From assembly GCF_009914755.1 (NCBI RefSeq), contig NC_060937.1: 64,000 nt of DNA. One strand, written 5' to 3'. Both the position numbers and the translations under genes were made by a program. Within the stretch, counting starts at the first letter, position 1. Each line of letters begins with the position of its first letter. The notes beneath the pieces were generated by a model. It searched no databases. It worked only from the letters and a program-made list of their open reading frames with translations, and was not told where the DNA came from. Source of the stretch: the human T2T-CHM13v2.0 reference genome, Homo sapiens. Below, one piece after another: positions 40,501 to 54,500 of the stretch.

Positions 40501-43500
40501 ATGGGATGGGATGGAATGGAATGGAATGCAAGTTAATCAACACGAATGGAATGGAACGGAATGGAATGGAATGAAAAGGAAAGGAACATAATGGCATCAA
40601 CACGAGAGGAATGGAATGGAACGGAATGGAATCAACCCGAGTGGAATGAAATGGAATGTAATGCAATGGGATGGAGTGGAATCAACCCGAATGGAATGGA
40701 ATGGAATGGAATGGAATGGAATGGAATGGAATGGAATGGATCGGAATGGAATCCAATGGAATCAACTGGAATGGAATGGAATGGAATGGAATGGAATGGA
40801 ATGGAATGGAACGGAATAAATCCGGTTGGAGTGGAATGGAATGTAATAGAGTGGAATGGAATGGAATTTAGAGGAATGGAATGGAATGGAATGGAATGGA
40901 ATGGAATGGAATGGAATGGAATGGAATCAACCCGAATGGAATGGAACGGAATGGAATGGAATGGAATGGGATGGAATGGAATGGAATGGAATCAACACGA
41001 ATGGCATGGCATAGAATGGAATGGAATGGAATGGAATGGAATGCAATGGAATGGAATGGAATGGAATGGAATGGAATCAACCCAAGTGCAATGGAATGGA
41101 ATGGAATGCAATGGAATCCATCCGAGTGGAATGGAATGGAAAGAAATGGAATGGAATGGAATGGAGTGGAATGGAACGCAATGGAGTGGAATGGAATAAA
41201 CACCAGGGGAATGAAATGGATTGGAATGGAATGGAATGGAATGGAATGGAATGGAATGAAATCAACCCGAGTGTAATGGAGCGGAATGGAATGGAATGGA
41301 AAGGAATGAATGGAATGGAATGGTGTGGAATCAACACGAGAGGAATGGAATGGAATGGAATGGAACAGAACGGAATGGAAAGGAGTGGAATGGAATGAAC
41401 CCGAATGGAATGGAATGGATTGGAATGGAATGGAATGGAATCAACCTGAGCGGAAAGGAATGGAATAGAATGGAGTGGAACGGAATGTAACGGAATGGAA
41501 TGGAATGGAATGGAATCAACACGAATGGAATGGAACGGAATGGAATGGGATGGGATGGAATGGAAGAGAATGGATGTTAATCAACACGAATGGAATGGAA
41601 TGGAATGGAATGGAGTGGAATGGAATGGAATGGATCGGAATGGAATCCAATGGAATCAACTGGAATGGAATGGAATGGAATGGAATGGAATGGAGTGGAG
41701 TGGAATGCAATCGAATGGAATGGAATGGAATAAATCCGGGTGGAGTGGAATGGAATGTAATGGAGTGGAATGTAATGGAATTTAGTGGAATGGAATGGAA
41801 TGGAATGAAATCTATTGGATCAGAATGGAATCGAATGGAATCAACTGGAATGGAATGGAATGGAATGGAATGGAATGGAATGAAAACGAAAGGAACAAAA
41901 TGGAATCAACACGAGTGGAATGGAATGGAACGGAATGGAATTAACCCGAGTGGAATGAAATGGAATGTAATGCAATGGGATGGAGTGGAATCAACCCCAG
42001 TGGAATGGAATGGAATGGAATGGAATGGAATGGAATGGAATGGAATGGAATGGAATGAAATGGAATGGATCGGAATGGAATCCAATGGAATCAACTGGAA
42101 TGAAATGGAATGGAATGGAAAGGAATGGAATGGAATGGAATAAATCCGGGTGGAGTGGAATGGAATGTAATGGAGTGGAATGTAATGGAATTTAGTGGAA
42201 TGGAATGGAATGGAATGGAATTGAATCAACCCGAGTGGAAAGGAACGGAATGGAATGGAATGGCAAGGAATGAATGGAATGGAATGGTGTGGAATCAACA
42301 CGAGAGGAATGGAATGGAATGGAATGCAATGAACCCGAATGGATTTGAATGGATTGGAATGGAATGGAATGGAATCAACCTGAGCGGAAAGGAATGGAAT
42401 GGAATGGAGTGGAATATAATGTAATGTAATGTAATGGAATGGAATGGAATTGAAACAACACGAATGGAATGGAATGGAATGGAATGGAATGGAATCAACC
42501 CGAAAGGAATGGAACGGAATGGAATGGAATGGAATGGAATGGAATGGAATGGAATGCAATGGAATGGAATGGAATCAACCCAAGTGCAATGGCATGGAAT
42601 GGAATGCAATGGAATCCACCCGAGTGGAATGCAACAGAATGGAGTGGAATGAAATGGAATGGAATGGAACGGAATGGAATGGAATGGAATGGAATGGAAT
42701 GGAATGGAATGGAATGGAATGGAATGCAATGGAATGGAATGGAATGGAATGGAATGGAATGCAATGGAATGGAATGGAATCAACCCAAGTGCAATGGAAT
42801 GGAATGGAATGCAATGGAATGGAATGGAATCAACCCAAGTGCAATGGAATGGAATGGAATGCAATGGAATCCACCCGAGTGGAATGCAACAGAATGGAGT
42901 GGAATGAAATGGAATGGAATGGAATGGAATGGAATGGAATGGAATGGAGTGGAATGGAACAGAATGGAGTGGAATGGAATAAACACCAGGGGAATGAAAT
43001 GGGTTGGAATGAAATGGAATGTAATGGAATGGAATGGAATGGAATTGAATCAACCCGAGTGGAATGGAACGGAATGGAATGGAATGGAAAGGAATGAATG
43101 GAATGGAATGGTGTGGAATCAACACGAGAGGAATGGAATGGAATGGAATGCAATGAACCCGAATGGATTTGAATGGATTGGAATGGAATGGAATGGAATC
43201 AACCGGAGAGCAAAGGAATGGAATGGAATGGAGTGGAATGGAATGGAATGTAATGGAATGGAATGGAATGGAATGGAATGGAATTGAAACAACACGAATG
43301 GAATGGAATGGAATGGAATGGGATGGGATGGAATGGAATGGAATGGAAGTTAATCAACACGAATGGAATGGAACGGAATGGAAAGGAATGGAATGGAATG
43401 GAATGGAATGGAATGAAATGGAAAGGAACGGAATGGAATCAACATGAGTGGAATGGAATGGAACGGAAAGGAATCAACCCGAGTGGAATGAAATGGAATG

Positions 43501-44313
43501 TAATGCAATGGGATGGAGTGGAATCAACACGAGTGGAATGGAATGGAATGGAATGGAATGGAATGAAATGAAATGGAATGGATCGGAATGGAGTCCAATG
43601 GAATCAACTGGAATGGAATGGAATGGAATGGAATAAATCCCGGTGGAGTGGAATGGAATGTAATGGAGTGGAATGGAATGGAATTTAGTGGTGTGGAATG
43701 GAATGGAATGGAATGGGATGGGATGGAATGGAATGGAATGGAACTTAATCAACACGAATGGAACGGAATGGAATGGAATGGAATGGAATGGAATGGAATG
43801 GAATCAACACGAATGACATGGCATAGAATGGAATGGAATGGAATGGAATGGAATGGAATGGAATGGAATGGAATCAACCCGAATTGAATGGAACGGAATG
43901 GAATGGGATGGGATGGAATGGAATGGAATGCAAGTTAATCAACACGAATGGAATGGAACGGAATGGAATGGAATGAAAAGGAAAAGAACATAATGGCATC
44001 AACACGAGTGGAATGGAATGGAACGGAATGGAATCAACCCGAGTGGAATGAAATGGAATGTAATGCAATGGGATGGAGTGGAATCAACCCGAGTGGAATG
44101 GAATGGAATGGAGTGGAATGGAAAGTAATGGAGTGGAATGTAATGGAATTTAGTGGAATGGAATGGAATGGAATGGAATGGAATGAAATCTGTTGGATCG
44201 GAATGGAATCCAATGGAATCAACTGGACTGGAATGGAATGGAATGGAATGGAACGGAATAAATCCGGTTTTAGTGGAATGGAATGTAATAGAGTGGAATG
44301 GAATGGAATTTAG
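28556..44313 (+). repeat. Near-perfect 7.87 kb tandem duplication (copy 1 about 28556-36433, copy 2 about 36434-44313)
   Basis: Dozens of ORF pairs with identical translations at offsets 7878 (28602/36480), 7873 (29736/37609) and 7868 (30132/38000 through 36080/43948). The offset changes imply two 5-bp pentamer indels. Confidence 0.95.
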
Positions 44314-46490
44314 AGGAATGGAATGGAATGGAATGGAATGGAATGGAATGGAATGGAATGGAATCAACCCGAATGGAATGGAACGGAATGGAATGGAATG
44401 GAATGGGATGGAATGGAATGGAATGGAATGGAATGGAATCAACACGAATGGCATGGCATAGAATGGAATGGAATGGAATGGAATGCAATGGAATGGAATG
44501 GAATGGAATGGAATGGAATGGAATGGAATGGAATCAACCCGAATTGAATGGAACGGAATGGAATGGGATGGGATGGAATGGAATGGAATGCAAGTTAATC
44601 AACACGAATGGAATGGAACGGAATGGAATGGAATGAAAAGGAAAAGAACATAATGGCATCAACACGAGTGGAATGGAATGGAACGGAATGGAATCAACCC
44701 GAGTGGAATGAAATGGAATGTAATGCAATGGGATGGAGTGGAATCAACCCGAGTGGAATGGAATGGAATGGAGTGGAATGGAAAGTAATGGAGTGGAATG
44801 TAATGGAATTTAGTGGAATGGAATGGAATGGAATGGAATGGAATGAAATCTGTTGGATCGGAATGGAATCCAATGGAATCAACTGGAATGGAATGGAATG
44901 GAATGGAATGGAACGGAATAAATCCGGTTTTAGTGGAATGGAATGTAATAGAGTGGAATGGAATGGAATTTAGAGGAATGGAATGGAATGGAATGGAATG
45001 GAATGGAATGGAATCAACCCGAATGGAATGGAACGGAATGGAATGGAATGGAATGGGATGGAATGGAATGGAATGGAATGGAATGGAATCAACACGAATG
45101 GCATGGCATAGAATGGAATGGAATGGAATGGAATGCAATGGAATGGAATGGAATGGAATGGAATGGAATGGAATGGAATCAACCCGAATTGAATGGAACG
45201 GAATGGAATGGGATGGGATGGAATGGAATGGAATGCAAGTTAATCAACACGAATGGAATGGAACGGAATGGAATGGAATGAAAAGGAAAAGAACATAATG
45301 GCATCAACACGAGTGGAATGGAATGGAACGGAATGGAATCAACCCGAGTGGAATGAAATGGAATGTAATGCAATGGGATGGAGTGGAATCAACCCGAGTG
45401 GAATGGAATGGAATGGAGTGGAATGGAAAGTAATGGAGTGGAATGTAATGGAATTTAGTGGAATGGAATGGAATGGAATGGAATGGAATGAAATCTGTTG
45501 GATCGGAATGGAATCCAATGGAATCAACTGGAATGGAATGGAATGGAACGGAATAAATCCGGTTTTAGTGGAATGGAATGTAATAGAGTGGAATGGAATG
45601 GAATTTAGAGGAATGGAATGGAATGGAATGGAATGGAATGGAATGGAATGGAATGGAATGGAATGGAATGGAATCAACCCGAATGGAATGGAACGGAATG
45701 GAATGGAATGTAATGGGATGGAATGGAATGGAATGGAATGGAATGGAATGGAATCAACACGAATGGCATGGCATAGAATGGAATGGAATGGAATGGAATG
45801 CAATGGAATGGAATGGAATGGAATGGAATGGAATGGAATGGAATGGAATCAACCCGAATTGAATGGAACGGAATGGAATGGGATGGGATGGAATGGAATG
45901 GAATGCAAGTTAATCAACACGAATGGAATGGAACGGAATGGAATGGAATGAAAAGGAAAAGAACATAATGGCATCAACACGAGTGGAATGGAATGGAACG
46001 GAATGGAATCAACCCGAGTGGAATGAAATGGAATGTAATGCAATGGGATGGAGTGGAATCAACCCGAGTGGAATGGAATGGAATGGAGTGGAATGGAAAG
46101 TAATGGAGTGGAATGTAATGGAATTTAGTGGAATGGAATGGAATGGAATGGAATGGAATGAAATCTGTTGGATCGGAATGGAATCCAATGGAATCAACTG
46201 GACTGGAATGGAATGGAATGGAATGGAACGGAATAAATCCGGTTTTAGTGGAATGGAATGTAATAGAGTGGAATGGAATGGAATTTAGAGGAATGGAATG
46301 GAATGGAATGGAATGGAATGGAATGGAATGGAATCAACCCGAATGGAATGGAACGGAATGGAATGGAATGGAATGGGATGGAATGGAATGGAATGGAATG
46401 GAATGGAATCAACACGAATGGCATGGCATAGAATGGAATGGAATGGAATGGAATGCAATGGAATGGAATGGAATGGAATGGAATGGAATC
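43860..46490 (+). repeat. Four-copy tandem array of a unit of about 660 bp
   Basis: CAACCCGAATTGAATGG at about 43875, 44535, 45180 and 45850. Each unit carries GAAAAGAACATAATGGC, TCTGTTGGATCGG and ATCCGGTTTTAGTGG. An identical minus-strand ORF lies at 43874, 44534, 45179 and 45849. Confidence 0.92.
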
Positions 46491-47299
46491 AACACAAGTG
46501 CAATGGAATAGAATGGAATGCAATGGAATCCACCCGAGTGGAATGCAATGGAATGAAATGGAATGGAATGGAATGGAGTGGAATGGAACGCAATGGAGTG
46601 GAATGGAATAAACAACAGGGGAATGAAATGGATTGGAATGGAATGGAATGGAATGGAATGGAATGGAATGGAATGAAATCAACCCGAGTGTAATGGAGCG
46701 TAATGGAATGGAATGGAAAGGAATGAATGGAATGGAATGGTGGGGAATCAACACGAGGGGAATGGAATGGAATGGAATGGAACGGAACGGAATGGAAAGG
46801 AGTGGAATGGAATGAACCCGAATGGAATGGAATGGATTGGAATGGAATGGAATGTAATCAACCTGAGCGGAAAGGAATGGAATGGAATGGAGTGGAATGG
46901 AATGTAACGGAATGGAATGGAATGGAATGGAATCAACACGAATGGAATGGAACGGAATGGAATGGGATGGGATGGAATGGAAGAGAATGGATGTTAATCA
47001 ACACGAATGGAATGGAATGGAATGGAATGGAATAGAATGGAATGGATCGGAATGGAATCCAATGGAATCAACTGGAATGGAATGGAATGGAATGGAATGG
47101 AATGGAATGGAATGGAATGGAATGAAAAGGAAAGGAACAAAATGGAATCAACAAGAGTGGAATGGAATGGAACGGAATGGAATTAACCCGAGAGGAATGA
47201 AATGGAATGTAATGCAATGGGATGGAGTGTAATCAACCCCAGTGGAATGGAATGGAATGGAATGGAATGAAATGGAATGGATCGGAATGGAATCCAATG

Positions 47300-50200
47300 G
47301 AATCAACTGGAATGAAATGGAATGGAATGGAAAGGAATGGAATGGAATAAATCCGGGAGGAGTGGAATGGAATGTAATGGAGTGGAATGTAATGGAATTT
47401 AGTGTAATGGAATGGAATCGAATGGAATGAAATGGAATGGAATGGAATAAATCCGGGAGGAGTGGAATGGAATGTAATGGAGTGGAATGTAATGGAATTT
47501 AGTGGAATGCAATGGAATAGAATGGAATGAAATGGATTGGATCGGAAAGGAATCCAATGGAATCAAATGGAATGCAATGGAATGGAATGGAATGGAATGG
47601 AATGGAATAAATCCGGGTGGAGTGGAATGGAATGTAATGGAGTGGAATGGAATGGAATTTACTGCAATGGAATGGAATGGAATGGAATGGAATGGAATGG
47701 AATGGAATGGAATCAACCCGAATGGAATGGAATGGAATGGAAAGGAATGGAATGGAATGGAATGGAATGGAATGGAATGGAATGGAATCAACCCGAATGG
47801 GATGGCATGGAATGGAATTGAATGGAATGGAATGGGATGGAATGGAATGGAGTGGAATCAACACAAGTGCAATGGAATAGAATGGAATGCAATGGAATCC
47901 ACCCGAGTGGAATGGAATGGAATGGAATGGAATGGAATGGAATGGAATGGAATGCAATGGAATGGAATGGAATCGAAAGGAATAGAATGGAGTGGAATGG
48001 AACGGAATGGAGTGGAATGCAATAAACACCAGGGGAATGAAATGGATTGGAATGAAATGGAATGGAACGGAATGGAATGGAATGAAATCAACCCGAGTTG
48101 AATAGAACGGAATGGAATGGAATGGAAAGGAATGAATGGAATGGAATTGTGTGGAATCAACACAAGAGGAATGGAATGGAATGGAATGGAACGGAACGGA
48201 ATGGAAAGGAATGGAATGGAATGAACCGGAATGGAATGGAATGGATTGGAATGGAATGGAATGAAATCAACCTGAGCGGAAAGGAATGGAATGGAATGGA
48301 GTGGAATGGAATGAAACGGCATGGAATGGAATGGAATGGAATCAACATGAATGGAATGGAACGGAGTGGAATGGGATGGGATGGAATGGAATGGAATGGA
48401 AGTTAGTCAACACGAATGGAATGGAATGGAATGGAATGGAATGGAATGAAAAGGAAAGGAACAGAATGGAATAAACACGAGTGGAATGGAATGGAATGGA
48501 ATGGAATCAACCCGAGTGGAATGAAATGGAATGTAATGCAATGGGATGGAGTGGAATCAACCCGAGTGGAATGGAATGGAATGGAATGGAATGAAATGGA
48601 ATGGAATGGAATGAAATGGAATGGATCGGAATGGAATCCAATGGAATTAACTGGAATGGAATGGAATGGAATGGAATGGAATGAAATGGATTGGATCGGA
48701 ATGGAATCCAATGGAATCAACTGGAATGGAATGGAATGGAATGGAATGGAATGGAATGGAATAAATCCGGGTGGAGTGGAATGGAATTTAATGGAGTGGA
48801 ATGGAATGTAATTCAGTGGAATGGAATGGAATGGAATGCAATGGAATGGAAAGGTATGGAATCAAACCGAAAGGAATGGAACGGAATGGAATGGAAAGGA
48901 ATGGAATGGAATGGAATGGAATGGAATGGAATGGAATGGAATGGAATGGAATCAACCCGATTGGGATGGCATGGAATGGAATGGAATGGAATGGAATGGA
49001 ATGGAATGGAATCAACCCAAGTGCATTGGAATGGAATGGAATGCAATGGAATCCACCCAAGTGGAATGGAAAGGAATGGAATGGAATGGAATGGAATGGA
49101 ATGGAATGGAATGGAATCAACACAAATGGAATGGAACGGAATGGAATGGGATGGGATGGAATGGAATGGAATGGAAGTTAATCAACACGAATGGAATCGA
49201 ACGGAATGGATTGGAATGGAATGGAATGGAATGGAATGGAATGGAATGGAATGGAATTTCATTGAATGGATTGAAATGGAAAGGAATGGAATGGAATCAA
49301 CACGAGTGGAATGGAATGGAAAGGAATGGAATCAACCCGAGTGGAATGAAATGGAAAGTAATGCAATGGGATGGAGTGGAATCAAACGGAGTGGAATGCA
49401 ATGGAATGGAATGGAATGGAATGAAATGGAATGGAATTTAGTGGAATGGAATGGAATGGAATGGAATGGAATGGAATGAAATGGATTTGATCGGAATGGA
49501 ATCCAATGGAATCAACTGGAATGGAATGGAATGGAATGGAATGGAATAAATCCGGGAGGAGTGGAATGGAATGTAATGGAGTGGAATGTAATGGAATTTA
49601 GTGGAATGGAATGGAATCGAATGGAATGAAATGGAATGGAATGGAATAAATCCGGGAGGAGTGGAATGGAATGTAATGGAGTGGAATGTAATGGAATTTA
49701 GTGGAATGCAATGTAATAGAATGGAATGAAATGGATTGGATCGGAAAGGAATCCAATGGAATCAAATGGAATGCAATGGAAGGGAATGGAATGGAATGGA
49801 ATGGAATAAATCCGGGTGCAGTGGAATGGAATGTAATGGAGTGGAATGGAATGGAATTTACTGCAATGGAATGGAATGGAATGGAATGGAATGGAATGGA
49901 ATGGAATGGAATCAACCCGAATGGAATGGAATGGAAAGGAATGGAATGGAATGGAATGGAATGGAATGGAATGGAATGGAATGGAATCAACCCGAATGGG
50001 ATGGCATGGAATGGAATTGAATGGAATGCAATGGGATGGAATGGAATGGAGTGGAATCAACACAAGTGCAATGGAATAGAATGGAATGCAATGGAATCCA
50101 CCCGAGTGCAATGGAATGGAATGGAATGGAATGGAACGGAATGGAATGGAATGAAATCAACCCGAGTTGAATAGAACGGAATGGAATGGAATGGAAAGGA

Positions 50201-51520
50201 ATGAATGGAATGGAATTGTGTGGAATCAACACAAGAGGAATGGAATGGAATGGAATGGAACGGAACGGAATGGAAAGGAATGGAATGGAATGAACCGGAA
50301 TGGAATGGAATGGATTGGAATGGAATGGAATGGAATCAACCTGAGTGGAAAGGAATGGAATGGAATGGAGTGGAATGGAATGAAACGAAATGGAATGGAA
50401 TGGAATGGAATCAACATGAATGGAATGGAACGGAGTGGAATGGGATGGGATGGAATGGAATGGAATGGAAGTTAGTCAACACGAATGGAATGGAATGGAA
50501 TGGAATGGAATGAAAAGGAAAGGAACAGAATGGAATCAACACGAGTGGAATGGAATGGAATGGAATGGAATCAACCCGAGTGGAATGAAATGGAATGTAA
50601 TGCAATGGGATGGAGTGGAATCAACCCGAGTGGAATGGAATGGAATGGAATGGAATGAAATGGAATGGAATGTAATGAAATGGAATGGATCGGAATGGAA
50701 TCCAATGGAATTAACTGGAATGGAATGGAATGGAATGGAATGGAATGAAATGGATTGGATCGGAATGGAATCCAATGGAATCAACTGGAATGGAATGGAA
50801 TGGAATGGAATGGAATAAATCCGGGTGGAGTGGAATGGAATTTAATGGAGTGGAATGGAATGTAATTCAGTGGAATGGAATGGAATGGAATGGAATGGAA
50901 TGGAATGGAATCAAACCGAATGGAATGGAACGGAATGGAATGGAAAGGAATGGAATGGAATGGAATGGAATGGAATGGAATGGAATGGAATGCAATGGAA
51001 TGGAATGGAATGGAATCAACCCAAGTGCATTGGAATGGAATGGAATGCAATGGAATCCACCGAAGTGGAATGGAAAGGAATGGAATGGAATGGAATGGAA
51101 TGGAATGGAATCAACACGAATGGAATGGAACGGAATGGAATGGGATGGGATGGAATGGAATGGAATGGAAGTTAATCAACACGAATGGAATCGAACGGAA
51201 TGGATTGGAATGGAATGGAATGGAATGGAATGGAATGGAATGGAATGGAATTTCATTGAATGGATTGAAATGGAAAGGAACGGAATGGAATCAACACGAG
51301 TGGAATGGAATGGAACGGAATGGAATCAACCAGAGTGGAATGAAATGGAAAGTAATGCAATGGGATGGAGTGGAATCAAACGGAGTGGAATGCAATGGAA
51401 TGGAATGGAATGGAATGAAATGGAATGGAATTTAGTGGAATGGAATGGAATGGAATGGAATGGAATGGAATGAAATGGATTTGATCGGAATGGAATCCAA
51501 TGGAATCAACTGGAATGGAA
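47300..51520 (+). repeat. Tandem duplication of about 2.0-2.2 kb
   Basis: Private markers ATCCGGGAGG x2 (about 47351 and 47451 / 49550 and 49650), TTTACTGC (about 47658/49857), TTGTGTGGAATCAACACAAGAGG (about 48147/50216) and TTTCATTGAATGGATTG (about 49257/51251). Confidence 0.85.
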
Positions 51521-54500
51521 TGGAATGGAATAAATCCGGGTGGAGTGGAATGGAATGTAATGGAGTGGAATGGAATGGAATTTAGTGGAATGGATTGGAA
51601 TGCAATGGAATGGAATGAAATGGAATGGATCGGAATGGAATCCAATGGAAACAACTGGAATGGAATGGAATGGAATGGAATGGAATTTAGTGGAATGGAA
51701 TGGAATGGAATGGAATGAAATGAAATGGATTTGATCGGAATGGAATCCAATGGAATCAACTGGAATGGAATGGAATGGAATGGAATGGAATAAATCCGGG
51801 TGGAGTGGAATGGAATGTAATGGAGTGGAATGGAATGGAATTTAGTGGAATGGAATGGAATGGAATGGAATGGAATGGAAAGGAATCAACCCGAATGGAA
51901 TGGAACGGAATGGAATGGAAAGGAATGGAATGGAATGGAATGGAATGGAATGGAATGGAAAGGAATCAACCCGAATGGAATGGAACGGAATGGAATGGAA
52001 AGGAATGGAATGGAATGGAATGGAATGGAATGGAATGGAATGGAATGGAATGGAATCAACCCAAGTGCAATGGAATGGAATGGAACGGAATGGAATGGAA
52101 TGGAATGGAATGGAATGGAATGGAGTGGAATGCAAACGAATGAAGTGGAATGGAATAAACACCAGGGGAATGAAATGGATTGGAATGAAATGGAATGGAA
52201 TGGAATGGAATGGAATGAAATCAACCCGAGTGGAGTGGAATGGAATGGAATGGAATGGAAAGGATTGAATGGAATGGAATGGTGTGGAATCAAAAAGAGA
52301 GGAATGGAATGGAATGGAACGGAACGGAATGGAAAGGAATGGAATGGAATGAACCCGAATGGAATGGAATGGATTCGAATGGAATGGAATGGAAACAACC
52401 CGAGCTAAAAGGAATGGAATTGAATGGAGTGGAATGGAATGTAATGGAATGGAATGGAATGGAATGGAATCAACACGAATGGAATGGAACGGAATGGAAT
52501 GGGATGGGATGGAATGGAATGGAATGAAATGGACTGGATCGGAATGGAATCCAATGGAATCAACTGGAATGGAATGGAATGGAATGGAATGGAATAAATC
52601 CGGGTGGAGTGGAATGGAATGTAATGGAGTGGAATGGAATGGAATTTAGTGGAATGGAATGGAATGGAATGGAATGGAATGGAATGGAATGGAAAGGAAT
52701 CAACCCGAATGGAATGGAACGGAATGGAATGGAAAGGAATGGAATGGAATGGAATGGAATGGAATGGAATGGAAAGGAATCAACCCGAATGGAATGGAAC
52801 GGAATGGAATGGAAAGGAATGGAATGGAATGGAATGGAATGGAATGGAATGGAATGGAATGGAATCAACCCGAATGGGATGGCAAGGAATGGAATTGAAT
52901 GGAATGGAATGGAATGGAATGGAATGGAATGGAATCAACCCAAGTGTAATGGAATGGAATGGAATGGAATGGAATGGAATGGAATGGAATGGAATGGAAT
53001 GGAATGGAAAGGAGTGTAATGCAAAGGAATGAAGTGGAATGGAATAAACACCAGGGGAATGAAATGGATTGGAATGAAATGGAATGGAATGGAATGGAAT
53101 GGAATGAAATCAACCCGAGTGGAATGGAACGGAATGGAATGGAATGGAAGGATTGAATGGAATGGAATGGTGTGGAATCAAAAAGAGAGGAATGGAATGG
53201 AATGGAATGGAACGGAATGGAAAGGAATGGAATGGAATGAACCCAAATGGAATGGAATGGATTGGAATGGAATGGAATGGAAACAACCCGAACTTAAAGG
53301 AATGGAATTGAATGGAGTGGAATGGAATGTAATGGAGTGGAATGGAATTTAATGGAATGGAATGGAATGGAATGGAATCAACACGAATGGAATCGAACGG
53401 AATGGAATGGGATGGGATGGAATGGAATGGAATGAAATGTATTGGATCGGAATGGAAACCAATGGAATCAACTGGAATGGAATGGAAATGAATGGAATGG
53501 AATAAATCCGGGTGGAGTGGAAAGGAATGTAATGGAGTGGAATGGAATGGAATTTAGTGGAATGGAATGGAATGGAATGGAATGGAATGGAATGGAATGG
53601 AATCAACCCAAGTGCAACAGAATGGAATGGAATGCAATGGAATCCACCCATGTGGAATGGAAAGGAATGGAATGGAATGGAATGGAATGGAATGGAATGG
53701 AGTGGAAAGGAACGGAATGAAGTGGAATGGAATAAACACCAGGGGAATGAAATGGATTGGAATGAAATGGAATGGAATGAAATCAAGCAGAGTGGAATTG
53801 AACGGAATGGAATGGAATGGAAAGGAATAAATGGAATGGAATGGTGTGGAATCAACACGAGAGGAATGGAATGGAATTTAATGGAACGGAATGGAATGGA
53901 AAGGAATGGAATGGAATGAACCCGAATGGAATTGAATGGATTGGAATGGAATCAACCCAAGCGGAAAGGAATGGAAGGGAATGGAGGGGAATGGAATGGA
54001 ATGGAATGGAATGGAATGGAATGGAATGGAATGGAATGAAATGGAATGGATCGGAATGGAATCCAATGGAATTAACTGGAATGGAATGGAATGGAATGGA
54101 ATGGAATGGAATGGAATGAAATGGATTGGATCGGAATGGAATCCAACGGAATCAACTGGAATGGAATGGAATGGAATGGAATGGAATGGAATGGAATGGA
54201 ATAAATCCGGGTGGAGTGGAATGGAATTTAATGGAGTGGAATGGAATGTAATTCAGTGGAATGGAATGGAATGGAATGGAATGGAATGGAATCAAACCGA
54301 ATGGAATGGAACAGAATGGAATGGAAAGGAATGGAATGGAATGGAATGGAATGGAATGGAATGCAATGGAATGGAACATAATGGAATGGAAAGGAATGGA
54401 ATGGAATGGAATGGAATGGAATGGAATGCAATGGAATGGAATGGAATGGAATCAACCCGAATGGGATGGCATGGAATGGAATGGAATGGAATGGAATGGA

